A stretch of DNA of 32,591 nt from Nemertoderma westbladi (taxonomy: Eukaryota > Animalia > Xenacoelomorpha): assembly GCA_032718475.1 (NCBI GenBank), contig JAUCBJ010005914.1:1-32591 (forward strand). The letters run 5' to 3'. A program made the translations under genes and the position numbers. Positions 1 through 10,509 of this stretch are shown piece after piece. The notes beneath the pieces were generated by a model that had not been told where the DNA came from, searched no databases, and saw nothing but the letters and a program-made list of their open reading frames with translations. The first letter of the stretch is position 1. The number at the start of each line of letters is the position of its first letter.

Positions 1-903
1 ACGTGGTGTATAGAATGTCTACCGATATGAGAGGAAATTCAAGATCCTAATGTTTCTCCAACGACTGATTCACAACAAACAGCTTTTGTTTCAGGATGTA
101 ACACAATCATTTATATAAATAACACTGACTACACCATCATACGATAAAGGAGCTGAATAGTTTTTAAAGATTAGTATAAAATTAGTAGGCTTTATTCCTA
201 GTCCATCCATACATACTATACCCACCCTCCTCTACAACCATATTATAATATTACTGTATAAACAACAACTTACTTTGTTTAGTTCTCATAGTACTCAGCG
301 GGGGCCTTCTAAACCCAAGATTAAAGCCCCCAAATTTACACAGACTGCGTGCGCAATGCAATGGCTGGGAACAAACACGGCGGCCGGAGATACCCTATCC
401 TAGAAGATATATCTGTCTACTGTACTGTACAATAGTATTCTTTGTTTATTATCCTTTTGCATACAGCCTAAAAGCTAATTAACTGTGAAGGTGAGTGGAT
501 AGCCAACCCCAATGTTATTGTAAATGAACAAAACAAACACATCAGGGGCCAAAGATATCGAACGTCGTCTGTCAGAATGAAACAGTCCAGATCAACATTT
601 ATGTCACAGTGGGACCCAAAGTAATGGGAATATCAGATATCATTCATGCACTATGGAGCAAATGGTTCTTTAAATTCGGTCAATGAATCAGGTTGGTGTT
701 GTTTTCATTTTGGTTGCTTATTACGGTAGGAGGGGACAATTGGATTTATTAATTCAACGAGAGTTGAATGCCTACCGGAGAAGGGATACTCAATGACTAC
801 CTATTTAAATACAATCTTGTTCACGAGGGAGCAGCGTAATAATGTATACATTTCTACACTGAAAAAACTAAAAAGTACATTAGGCCTATCTGAGGAGCAG
901 ATA

Positions 904-1183
904 GGGGGGGGGGGGGGGGGGGGCGGGGACTGGACGCAATAAATATTCACCCCTCCCCAGGTGAAATCCCTCCCCAGGTGAAATTCGACGCAAATAACAG
1001 CTCATTACTCTCAAAAATAAAAATGTAACCCGTTCTATTGTGTTTAGTTTATTGTTTTGGGGTAAAATAACATGCCATGTAACCTGCTCCTTTCCCCTAA
1101 ATTGAGAATTTAACATTGAGGAAGGATATTAATTCGCCAAGATGGGACTTGCGTCCAGTACCCCCCCCCCCCCCCCCCCCCCC
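904..1183. mobile_element. Small MITE-like element with inverted ends embedded in poly-G / poly-C runs
   Basis: Left end is a G run plus GGGGACTGGACGCAA (904-939). Right end is TTGCGTCCAGTA plus a C run (1149-1183), its reverse complement. There is an internal CCCTCCCCAGGTGAAAT direct repeat. No clear TSD. Confidence 0.5.
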
Positions 1184-2232
1184 ACCCATTCCCGCCCCCA
1201 ACACTGCTATTGTGTCATCACTGTAGAATTCCATCTCTCCTCTTGTCCATTTTTTTGCGCACCCAGGGTCTCACAGCGAAAGGTATGGAAAGAAGATTGG
1301 GGTGTTGTTTCGCAATGGAATCTGTGTAACAAAATTGAACGCATCGCATTAATACTGAAATTAGTGACAAGAAGTTCATCCAACACGATTTTTTTAATCG
1401 GAAAAACAAATTTATGTGATTAATAATTTTAACTGCAGTAGGCCTACTGCAGAACCAGTAAAGGAAACAGCTGTAATAATTGTTAATACGATGGAATTTT
1501 AAAGAATTATCATTAAAATGGTGTATACAAATTGTCATATGATATATAATTTTTGCACCTGTTCTCAGACCACTCAGCTAAAATTACATGTCTTTCTGTC
1601 ACTATTTTAGTGGTACTGTAGTAAGTAATAATAGTGCGCAAAAGCACTACTTTCTTGCACTGTTTTCTACAAAATTTAGTGAAAAAAGTGGATTTTTCAG
1701 ATAAAAATCATTTATTTTTATACAGAACATTATTTTAACTCCTTCCATAGAAAAGACGTTAAACAATCAACTACATTATTCGCACTCCTTTTACATCATA
1801 CAGTAATACAGGCTCCAGCCTATGGCCCCGTATTTTATATATGACTGAGCTACCCCAAATAGATATTTAGTAAAGATATGCGAAATTATAAAAAATTTTC
1901 ACCAAACGGTTCCCCTGGTTTTTTAGAAGGTCTTAAACATAGCAACGGAGGAAATCCCCATAGCAACGGCTCTTATAGTAGATATGACGAGTTACAATTT
2001 ATGGAAGATTACTATTTTGTATATGACGAATTTAATGGCATATTTTAAGGAAAAATATACAATATGTTTCAGTTTCTAGATGCCATGGTAACTCGTCAGA
2101 ATTGTTGACAGTGTTTTTCTTATCACTTAGCTGTTTTCACTATATAAATGAGCGCATTCAAATTTTGAAGGTTCTTTCTTCTTTCTTTTTGACAGATAAG
2201 AAATGTTGACATATTATGTAAGACACTTGCTT

Positions 2233-2691
2233 CCTCTAGCGGCAGACTGGAGAACTGCGGGCCAATCAACCTCCCTTGCAGCTTGTAGTCTAGTACATAT
2301 ATGTCAAGCCAATATTCAGCTTAAACGGATTAAGAATAACGAAATGGGGAAGCTATTCATTTTCAGATATCTAGCCCTCTAGCAGCAGACTGGAGAACTG
2401 CATATCGATTACCGACCACACAAAGACACAGACTTTGATTTAGTACATATCTCACGAGTTTCAACTTGAAGGGATTATAAGTAATTAAAAAAATAAGAGA
2501 AGGATTTCACTATTAGACATTTCGCCCTCTAGCGGTAGACTTGAGCACTGCATAGGGGTTAGCCTCCCTTGAAATATACAGCTGATGGTACATAAATGCT
2601 AAGTTTTACCTTGAACGGAATAAAAGCGAAGAAATGGAAGAACATTTAATGTTTACATATGTAGCCCCCTAGCGGCTGGCGTGCGCACTGT
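2233..2691 (-). promoter_or_regulatory. Four CTCF-like motifs (core plus upstream TGCAG-type module) at ~141-149 bp spacing
   Basis: The minus strand reads GCAGTTCTCCAGTCTGCCGCTAGAGG and variants at ~2233, 2374, 2523 and 2664, resembling the CTCF core CCRCYAGRKGGC. Motif resemblance only. Confidence 0.5.
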
Positions 2692-3470
2692 TCTTGTAGA
2701 CCTAACGGTGTTATGTGCACTGATTACTGACGTAATTGCGATTCTTAAAACAATGTAATTTCATTTATGTAAGATGGTTATAGGGCAAAAAGTGATGACA
2801 AATGTAAATCCCCAAATATACGTAACATGTAAATCTCAGTTATCTTTCAAAATGCGCTCTTATATGTAGTGAAACCAGCCACGTGATATAAAAAACACTT
2901 TGTTAACAATTCTGAAGAGTTACCATGGCATCTAGAAACTGAAACATATTGCATATTTTTCCTTATACTCGATATAGTGGGGGGTGGAGGTTGATTTAAT
3001 GACGCTACGGCTAATACTGTATATAGCCAGTTTCTAGTCAAAGTTACCCGTTGCCATGGCAACTAGAAACTGAAAAGTAGTACATATTGTTCCTTATACT
3101 TGATATATTGGTGGTAGACTCTGATTCCATAACTCTACGACCACTACATATGCATTACACCCGTTTAAAGCCCGTTGCTAAGGACATTATCAATAAAGCT
3201 AATATTGAAGGTCGTTTTCACTTGGTTGCTATGGTATTTTCAAAAAAACGAAATATGTCATTAAATTCTTCGAATCTAAAATAATAATCTTGCATAAATT
3301 GTAACTCGTCATATATACTATAAGAGCTGTTGCTATGGGGAGTTCCTCCGTTGCTATGTTTAAGACCCTCTAAAAAACCAGCGGAACCGGTTGGTGAAAA
3401 TTTTTTATAATTTCTCATATCTTTACTAAATATCTATTTGGGGTAGCTCAGTCATATATAAAATACGGGG

Positions 3471-4654
3471 TGTAAAAGCTTTTGTGGGATAACTGATACG
3501 TTTGCCTTTGCTGGCCAGTTCCCCCCCAGTCGCTAGAATACTCTCAAAGGGATTTATAACTAAAATAGTGCAAGCTACCAGCTTATTGGCTGATGTGCTG
3601 TACGGAGATATCTGGGCTCAGTTTAATCGGCCAACTAGCTTAGAGAGGTTGCCTTAGCCTTGCTGTTCGTGTCGGCCAATAGAATTTGCGTAGGCGTTGA
3701 TTTCGACCTATCCCAGCGTTACTGAACTGAATTTCCTATCTCTATGCTCATCCTCTGTGTTGAACGGGGCTTCGTGGAATAAGGGTTTTTGGTATACTCG
3801 TATAGTGGTAGTAGTCACATGTTTCTGTTGTTGTGTTCCCATTTTTTGCCATAACACCGGCTTTTGGAACAACTCTAGCAAAAACTGCTTAGATTATAGA
3901 AAGTATAACTGTTACTGGCGGTGTTACCTCACTTAATTTAACTGCACTAATCATATTGTTTGTACTGCTATTTACCGTCAGTTATTAATTGTATCGATTT
4001 GTTGATGAAATATTGTCATTTGGAGAATATTGATAAATCACCCAAATTTCCCAATTTCTTGATACACTACAGGTTAGAGAGACCGGCTATATATAACAAT
4101 TGCGATTTATATCAATGTGGTGTGTATTGAATCTAATGTTATTTAGTAGACACTACCTGAGTCAATTGCTGTTCTCTTTATGTGTGATCAAATATACTGA
4201 CGGTCGGCAGAATAGTGTGCATGATTGTGAGTGTGATGTGACTGGTAACAAAGCATTTCCTAAAGAATGCGACTTATACTTTAATCATAAGCCTTATCGT
4301 TGCGTTTAGTATAAGTCCTAGCTCTGTTTAAATAGATAGAGCGCCACGTCCTAAAGGAACTGTTAATATTTCCCGAAAGTTAATAATATCTGTCAGAAAT
4401 TACATATTAGCGATCAATCGAATAATACAGTAGGCTTACACTGCAACCTTACACTGCAATAATAAAATCTAAGCATCCGAATTCAGCCTCCCGGGTGTAG
4501 ATCCATCGGGTGAATGATCGCGCATGGGCTGGCTTCGGCTAATGTTTTGTTTATTAGCATAAAATATTGTCGTATGCTAAAGGTGTGTTAATTAACTAAA
4601 AGACATATAAATTTTGGCAGGTTAAACTGCTAAAGGTCTTCAAAAGCGCGAACA
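3471..4654 (+). repeat. 5' LTR
   Basis: TGTAAAAGCT...AAGCGCGAACA. CCAAT-like boxes near 3585 and 3676, TATATATAA at ~4088, AATAAA at ~4461. Differs from the 3' LTR at 3847, 3916 and 4165 (by eye). Confidence 0.96.
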
Positions 4655-4666
4655 GTAACAGTTATA
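4655..4666 (+). promoter_or_regulatory. Non-tRNA primer-binding position (GTAACAGTTATA), complementary to LTR-internal 3904-3915
   Basis: No TGG-starting PBS follows the LTR. These 12 nt are the exact reverse complement of TATAACTGTTAC at 3904-3915 and 13570-13581. Confidence 0.55.
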
Positions 4667-4930
4667 ATCTTATTGCAGTAGGCAATAAGGTTGCAAAATA
4701 CCGTAGTAACCGGTATTTCTGTAGGTCTGTAGGCCCAACTGTCCTAACCGGTACTGCTGTATAAGTACATTAGTATTATTCGATTTTGATTATTGTATAC
4801 CGGTAGGTCTTGGTACTTAATCAGGGAACGGCCGCCCTGATTTTTATTTGAGATTCTACTTATTTCTGTCGGTTTTATTTACTAGTAGGCTAATATTGAG
4901 CAGAAGGCGTGTGACCCTGCTCAGATTGTT

Positions 4931-5510
4931 CAGATAATTGTAGGCTGAGCTGCTGTCTGACTGTTGTTGAGTTTGGAGGGATTACGGTGTGTGTAGAGTT
5001 GGTCTGATAAAGTGCCGTTAGTAAGTTGGGGCAGCCATATGCGGTAAGGTCAATCCCCTCTTAAAGAATAAGTCGTACTACCGTGTTAGAACGCATACTA
5101 ACTAACAGTTTCAGAGTCTGCATATACTGTAGTTTATTTAGGCTTGATCGTAGTCTGCCAGCGTTTTAGCCTGTGTTTGTTTGTGTGGTCTGTTCAGGTA
5201 CCGTAATAGTTATTACTCAGATATTTTGTAGGCTGGATTGTTGTCTAGCTATTATTAGGTCTGAAGAGATTGCTGCGTGTGTAGAGTTTGTCTGATAAAG
5301 CTCCGTTAGTAAGTTGGGGCAGCCATAGCGGTAAGGTCAATCCCCTCTTAAAGAATAAGTCGTACTACCGTGTTAGAACGCATACTAACTAACTATTTCA
5401 GAATCTACACGTACGGTAGTTTATTTAGGCTTGGTGGTAGTCTGTCAGCGTTTTGGTTTGTATTTGTTTGAGTATTCTGTACGGGTAGCGTAATATTTAT
5501 TATTCAGAGT
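4931..5510 (+). repeat. Tandem duplication (~288-bp unit, two copies) in the 2.2-kb leader of the LTR element
   Basis: GCGGTAAGGTCAATCCCCTCTTAAAGAATAAGTCGTACTACCGTGTTAGAACGCATAC occurs at 5041 and 5328. The core is nearly identical and the flanks are more diverged. Confidence 0.85.
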
Positions 5511-6834
5511 TTATGCGATTATTCGCAACATTCATGTCCCCAAGTTTATTCCTACAGTAATTGTGTTTGTTACACATACCGTTATAGTTAAATTAACCCC
5601 GGTACTACACGGGCTGCTTGTCGTAGGTAAAGACTGGTGACTTTGTGCTTCGGTCACTCCAGCAGATGCCGTGGTTCTTTTAACTGTTCAAGTATATTTA
5701 ACTGCTGATTATTTGTTATACCAGTACTTGTACCTAATTTAGGGTTTAGTGTACAGTGCTTTCCGAAGTAATTAGTGTGTAGGCAGTATATTTGTGTTGT
5801 AAAGTGGTTAATAGGCACGCTGGATCTGGTAGTCCGCGGTAATTAACTTCTAGGTAGGAACAATCCGTGATACATAACGTAGTACCTATAGCGATACGGT
5901 TATAGGTCGTCAGGCGGTGGTATTTTCCTATCTGGACAACGCAGTGTATTTACTACTACTTATTATTTTCAAATACCGTAGTACCCTGTCCGTTGTAATA
6001 ACCAGAATTCTAACCCTTTGTTAGGCTGGTTTGTAGACTTCCTGTAAAATTACCCTAAAAATTCGTACGTAATATTTTTGTTGTGTTTAACTAGAGATTT
6101 AATCTCACCCGTATCGTAAGTAATTTGTAGTATTAAGTAACTTAGGTAAATTAGAATTATCTGTTTTAGTGTCCCATAGGTAGCACTTCACTGAGAGCGC
6201 ACAGCTTCTGTGTAGTGACTCCCCCAGAAATAATAACATTTATTTCAAATATTGACAAAACCCTTTTAAAACGGGTATATAAATATTATAAATCAACTCA
6301 AACGATTTATAAATAGTAGGCCTGCCATACAACAACTAGGTCTCAATATCAGTTGGACTGCTGCTTAAATAACGGTAATAAAGTAAGTTAAAGTAACCAA
6401 GTAACCCTAAAATATTCAGAAATTCAATTATTCTAAAATAATTGACATACCGGTATTTACCATAGGCTTATTATATTTATTTCTATAAATTTGAGCTGAA
6501 ATCATACCGGTATTCTGTAATTAATTTTAGTTCATAATTATACTTTATATATATTATAAGTGTAAGCTGTATACCGGTATCCACGATAGGCCTATTATAT
6601 ATTTATATATATATTGGTGCTAAATTTATATACCGGTACTCTGTGACAAATCTAGTCTGTAATAATACTTATATATACTATAAGCATACCGGTATTCTAA
6701 TATATTATATATATATATCACGCTACATTGAGTAGCAGTATCGGTAATTAATTATTAGGCTAGCAGTGATACTGAATTACTAGACTTGCTTTAACTGTAT
6801 ATATAGCAGTAGGCATCCAACTGTATAAAGCGAA

Positions 6835-9800
6835 ATGTCTGACACAACACAAACATTGTCAGATAGTCTCTTAGAGGGTTTTAGAATGAGTCGTCGACTT
6901 GGACAGTGTCTTGAAAGGAGAGAAGACAGAAAAGAAGCGGAAAGAAAAGTAGCAGCGACAGAAGCAGAAAGAAAAGCGGCAGAGGCAGTGGCAGAAGCAG
7001 AACGAAAGACGTCTGAAGCGACTATCCAACTAGAGCTGGAAAACCTTCAGGCGAAACAAGATTACTTGAAGAAACAAACCAGAAGACTACCTGTGCCCAG
7101 TAGGACTGTTCCCGAGTCCGAACCCGTCCTGGACGCCGAGCGAGGTACCAAGAATTTATCGCCCGTCGTCTCTCGCTCGCCCGCTACTACGTTGGCGACT
7201 CCCGCTTCGGCGGTTGAGTGGGTAGCTGAGGGACGACGGGAGATGGGTCTCCTGCTCGAGCAGCTGAGGGAACACTGTTTGTGCTCCTCTCAGCAGGTCA
7301 GGGAAATGGAAGAGACTGTTCAGCAGCTCAAGGGAACAGTAAGGGAAAGTAGGTTAGAGTTGCAAAAAGTGCAGCAAAGTATCGCACTAGAATGCGACAA
7401 ATTAGTTAACCTACAAAAGGGAATACCAATAACCCCTGTAACAGTGTGTCAGCCTGTTAGGTCTGAAGTATTACATGCGCAAGGTGTGGAGCCTACACGC
7501 ATCTATACTGCTAGTGAAGTAGAAACTCCTATAGCAAACCCTATTAAGGGTGATTATACGCCTGTTGTTAATGACATTCCCAATAGACCTGATAATAATC
7601 CGAGAAATTTATATACCGATAACTCGATATTCAATAACACGATGGCCCAAGAAAGTTTTACGCGTCAAATGGCTAGAACCGAAGCCCGTCAAGCGGTAAA
7701 GGTTGGAGAGATAGTCAAGTTCAACGGAGATGAGATGAAATGGTTACCTTTTAATGAATATTATAAAGATAACATACAGAACTCTGTGTTATCCAACGGA
7801 GAGAAACTTAGATTCCTCATCGAGTGCTTGGAAGGACCTCCCAAGTCAATGGCGTTAAAATTTATTGGACATCCAGATGGATTAAGACAAGTTTGGGATA
7901 CACTAAACATCAGGTATGGTAATAGGAATAACATAGCTAGGTATTTATATGCGAAATTAATGGCCCCCCGAAAGTTTCTTAGCAGCGGGATTATAGAGTT
8001 TTCCGATGAGATTCAGGAGATCTGTAGACAACTAGATTGGTTAGGTAAGTCTCATGAATACCAGAATTCTATGGTTGTAGGAGCCTTAGCATCTACTTTG
8101 CCCAAGGGTGGAGTAGGTACACGCTGGGACAAGAAGGTGTTATATACGATGGAACAACAACAACGAGACCCTACCATGGCTGATCTCATGTCATTCTTGG
8201 ATGGCGAAGTGAAATTACAACTCCTAAAACAATCCAGAGAGAAAACACCGGAAAATAAGGTAAGTGAGAAACCCGTTTCTAGGAGAAGAGTAACACCGAT
8301 GTGTTATACTGATGACGGCGAAAGCCAAGCTTCTCAAGAAGAAGACAGCGGGAAAGACACCGAGAAATTTTACCATGTTAACAAGACCTCAAAGGACGTA
8401 AGTAAATCTAAAGCTCGAACCCATCACAGGAGAGAACAGGTTGCTAAGACTCCTCTTCAGTTTCCTAACAGAGTACACGGAAGAAAGCCCGAAGAAAGAA
8501 CTAGAGTGCATAACGTCACCCAAAATAAAGTGAGTAACATTAAACCCAACTGTGCGCTGTGCGACGGGCCCCACCGTTTGAGTGCGTGTGCGGAATTCCT
8601 AAAGAAATCCTTGGTAGACAGACGTGAAGTCATGTGGGATAAGCGGTTATGCTACAATTGTCTCAGACGCGGACACCAGCGGCGAACCTGTTACTCCGAC
8701 ATAAAGTGTGCAAAGTGCGGTGCGAAACATCACATCTTGTTACAAAGTGAATTCGAACGAAACAGCCCGAGTCAGGTAAGTGAGCCCAAATCACATGTCC
8801 AATTCAGTGATGTGAACGACACTGACCAAAGTTCTGAGTGGGAAGGATTCTATACGGACGAATTCTCCGACGCCAACGAATCCTGTTACCTAATAAATAC
8901 CGCAGTGTATCGAGCACTTACTTACGAAAAGGACACCGACAATGAGTTCCCCCCAACTACCTTCGACAGACAACCATCCTGGAAACCTTCAACTTCCAAC
9001 GTAGGAATCAGAGAATTTCCTGTAGTTCAAGTAAGAGTTCACGGTCTTAACAAAAGCTACATAGTGAATGCCCTCCTTGACTCCGGCAGCACAGGAACAT
9101 TCATCGATCAAGAACTAGCCGAAGATATCTTTGCTGGACAACCCAAGTTCCGGACTAAATTGAATATGTCAGGAATTATGCAGGTTTGGAAATCTACCCT
9201 AACGGCAGATTACTATGTAGGTGTGTTGTCCACCCCCCAGGATAAGTTAGGAACACAAGGTATAAGGTCAGTAAAAATGGTGGCTATAAAGAACTTTGCT
9301 AATACCCAAGTAGAGCCTTATAACTGGGACGAGGACGAGAGCATTCAACAACTTAAAATACCTCGATTCCAGACAGATTATCCTGGAGTGCAAATACTTA
9401 TCGGCCAAAACGCGCACGAGGCGCTCGAGACATTGGAAAAACGACCTGCTCAACCGCAGCCACTACAAACCTATGCGGTAAGAACTAGAGTAGGTTGGTA
9501 CTTTACTGGTCCTTCCCGCAGAACTCTCGAAGAGAGACTACCATCAGAAAGACTATACCAGATAAATGGTTTGGAAGTGGAGAGCAGTGAAGTGGACGAA
9601 CTAACTGAGGGAACACCATACTCCTCAGATAATGACGATATTAACTCCCATGAAGATCAATGGAGACATCGCCCCGAGATGATTAATCTAGCCGACATCG
9701 CTTCCAGAGGAGCGACTACTCAAGAACGGATAGATACTCCCGGCTGGTTAGGTGGACCCGACTCCCTAAGTAAAGAAGAAGATGAATGGCCTCCTCATCT

Positions 9801-9984
9801 TACCACGGCGGAGAGTAGACAGGCCAAGGGAGCGGAGAAAGTAACACGACAACCCAATCACCCAGCTGGTCGTTTATGTTTACTGGAAAGAGACCAAAAA
9901 CTGTCCGGAAACTATGGAAGGCAAGATACTCTTCCTACGACCACTTCCCTAATCCGACAAATATCTAGGGACTCCATAACGTAA
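6835..9984 (+). CDS. BEL/Pao Gag-aspartic protease polyprotein (1049 aa) with C-terminal RNase H/integrase remnants; no RT or integrase core
   Basis: N-terminal coiled coil. DUF1759-like capsid region (KFNGDEMKWLPF..LSNGEKLRFLIECLEGPP..VWDTLNIRYG). Three BEL/Pao-type Zn knuckles (CALCDGPHRLSAC, CYNCLRRGHQRRTC, CAKCGAKHHILL). Protease motifs ALLDSGSTGTFI, ILIGQN and AVRTRVGW. Stubs QWRH..NLADIASRG, WLGGPDSL..EDEWP and RLCLLE. Confidence 0.92.
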   Translation: MSDTTQTLSDSLLEGFRMSRRLGQCLERREDRKEAERKVAATEAERKAAEAVAEAERKTSEATIQLELENLQAKQDYLKKQTRRLPVPSRTVPESEPVLDAERGTKNLSPVVSRSPATTLATPASAVEWVAEGRREMGLLLEQLREHCLCSSQQVREMEETVQQLKGTVRESRLELQKVQQSIALECDKLVNLQKGIPITPVTVCQPVRSEVLHAQGVEPTRIYTASEVETPIANPIKGDYTPVVNDIPNRPDNNPRNLYTDNSIFNNTMAQESFTRQMARTEARQAVKVGEIVKFNGDEMKWLPFNEYYKDNIQNSVLSNGEKLRFLIECLEGPPKSMALKFIGHPDGLRQVWDTLNIRYGNRNNIARYLYAKLMAPRKFLSSGIIEFSDEIQEICRQLDWLGKSHEYQNSMVVGALASTLPKGGVGTRWDKKVLYTMEQQQRDPTMADLMSFLDGEVKLQLLKQSREKTPENKVSEKPVSRRRVTPMCYTDDGESQASQEEDSGKDTEKFYHVNKTSKDVSKSKARTHHRREQVAKTPLQFPNRVHGRKPEERTRVHNVTQNKVSNIKPNCALCDGPHRLSACAEFLKKSLVDRREVMWDKRLCYNCLRRGHQRRTCYSDIKCAKCGAKHHILLQSEFERNSPSQVSEPKSHVQFSDVNDTDQSSEWEGFYTDEFSDANESCYLINTAVYRALTYEKDTDNEFPPTTFDRQPSWKPSTSNVGIREFPVVQVRVHGLNKSYIVNALLDSGSTGTFIDQELAEDIFAGQPKFRTKLNMSGIMQVWKSTLTADYYVGVLSTPQDKLGTQGIRSVKMVAIKNFANTQVEPYNWDEDESIQQLKIPRFQTDYPGVQILIGQNAHEALETLEKRPAQPQPLQTYAVRTRVGWYFTGPSRRTLEERLPSERLYQINGLEVESSEVDELTEGTPYSSDNDDINSHEDQWRHRPEMINLADIASRGATTQERIDTPGWLGGPDSLSKEEDEWPPHLTTAESRQAKGAEKVTRQPNHPAGRLCLLERDQKLSGNYGRQDTLPTTTSLIRQISRDSIT

Positions 9985-10509
9985 TAACATATGGAGTGGG
10001 TGTGTGACTATATCATTTTATATTTGTTTTTATTTTATATTTATGTATGTATTATTATGTAATTTTATTATAATCGTTTTCTTTAATTTTATTTGGTAGA
10101 ATGTTATTTTAGGGATTATTTAGTAGATTAGTGCAATATATTAGTGTTTATTACGTACGTAATTATTTATAATATATATTTAGTGCGACGGCGAGAAATA
10201 ATTATTTTTTCTCTTTCCTTACTGTCCGTATCATATTATAAATACGTGACTACAGTAAGATGAAATGTCCGTACTTATTAAAGTACAATAAAGCTCCTAC
10301 TATACTCAAGTATTATTGGTAGGCAGAGTATTAGGAATGCAAAGTTCAGATCCTCGTGTCTCGGCTAAACCAAGCTCTGGGTAGACCTTGGAAACGACTT
10401 GCCTCTTCACACTGACATTGCTTCGTGCGATATTGCTCTTCTACCTTATAACAAATAATACATATAGTAGCGTGATGTCCCTCTAACAGTAGCGTAAATC
10501 GCAAATAAA

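Noticed and set aside
3218-3418. 66-aa ORF repeated at 29035-29223 and inverted near 1878
   Set aside because: Lies in the TIR, has no transposase motif, and its end differs between copies.
3697-4309. Short ORFs repeated at 13363-13975
   Set aside because: They recur only because they lie in the LTRs; non-ATG starts and no motifs.
6835-9984. Domesticated gag-derived host gene
   Set aside because: It is flanked by near-identical LTRs and a TSD, with an empty site in the window, so it is still part of a mobile element.
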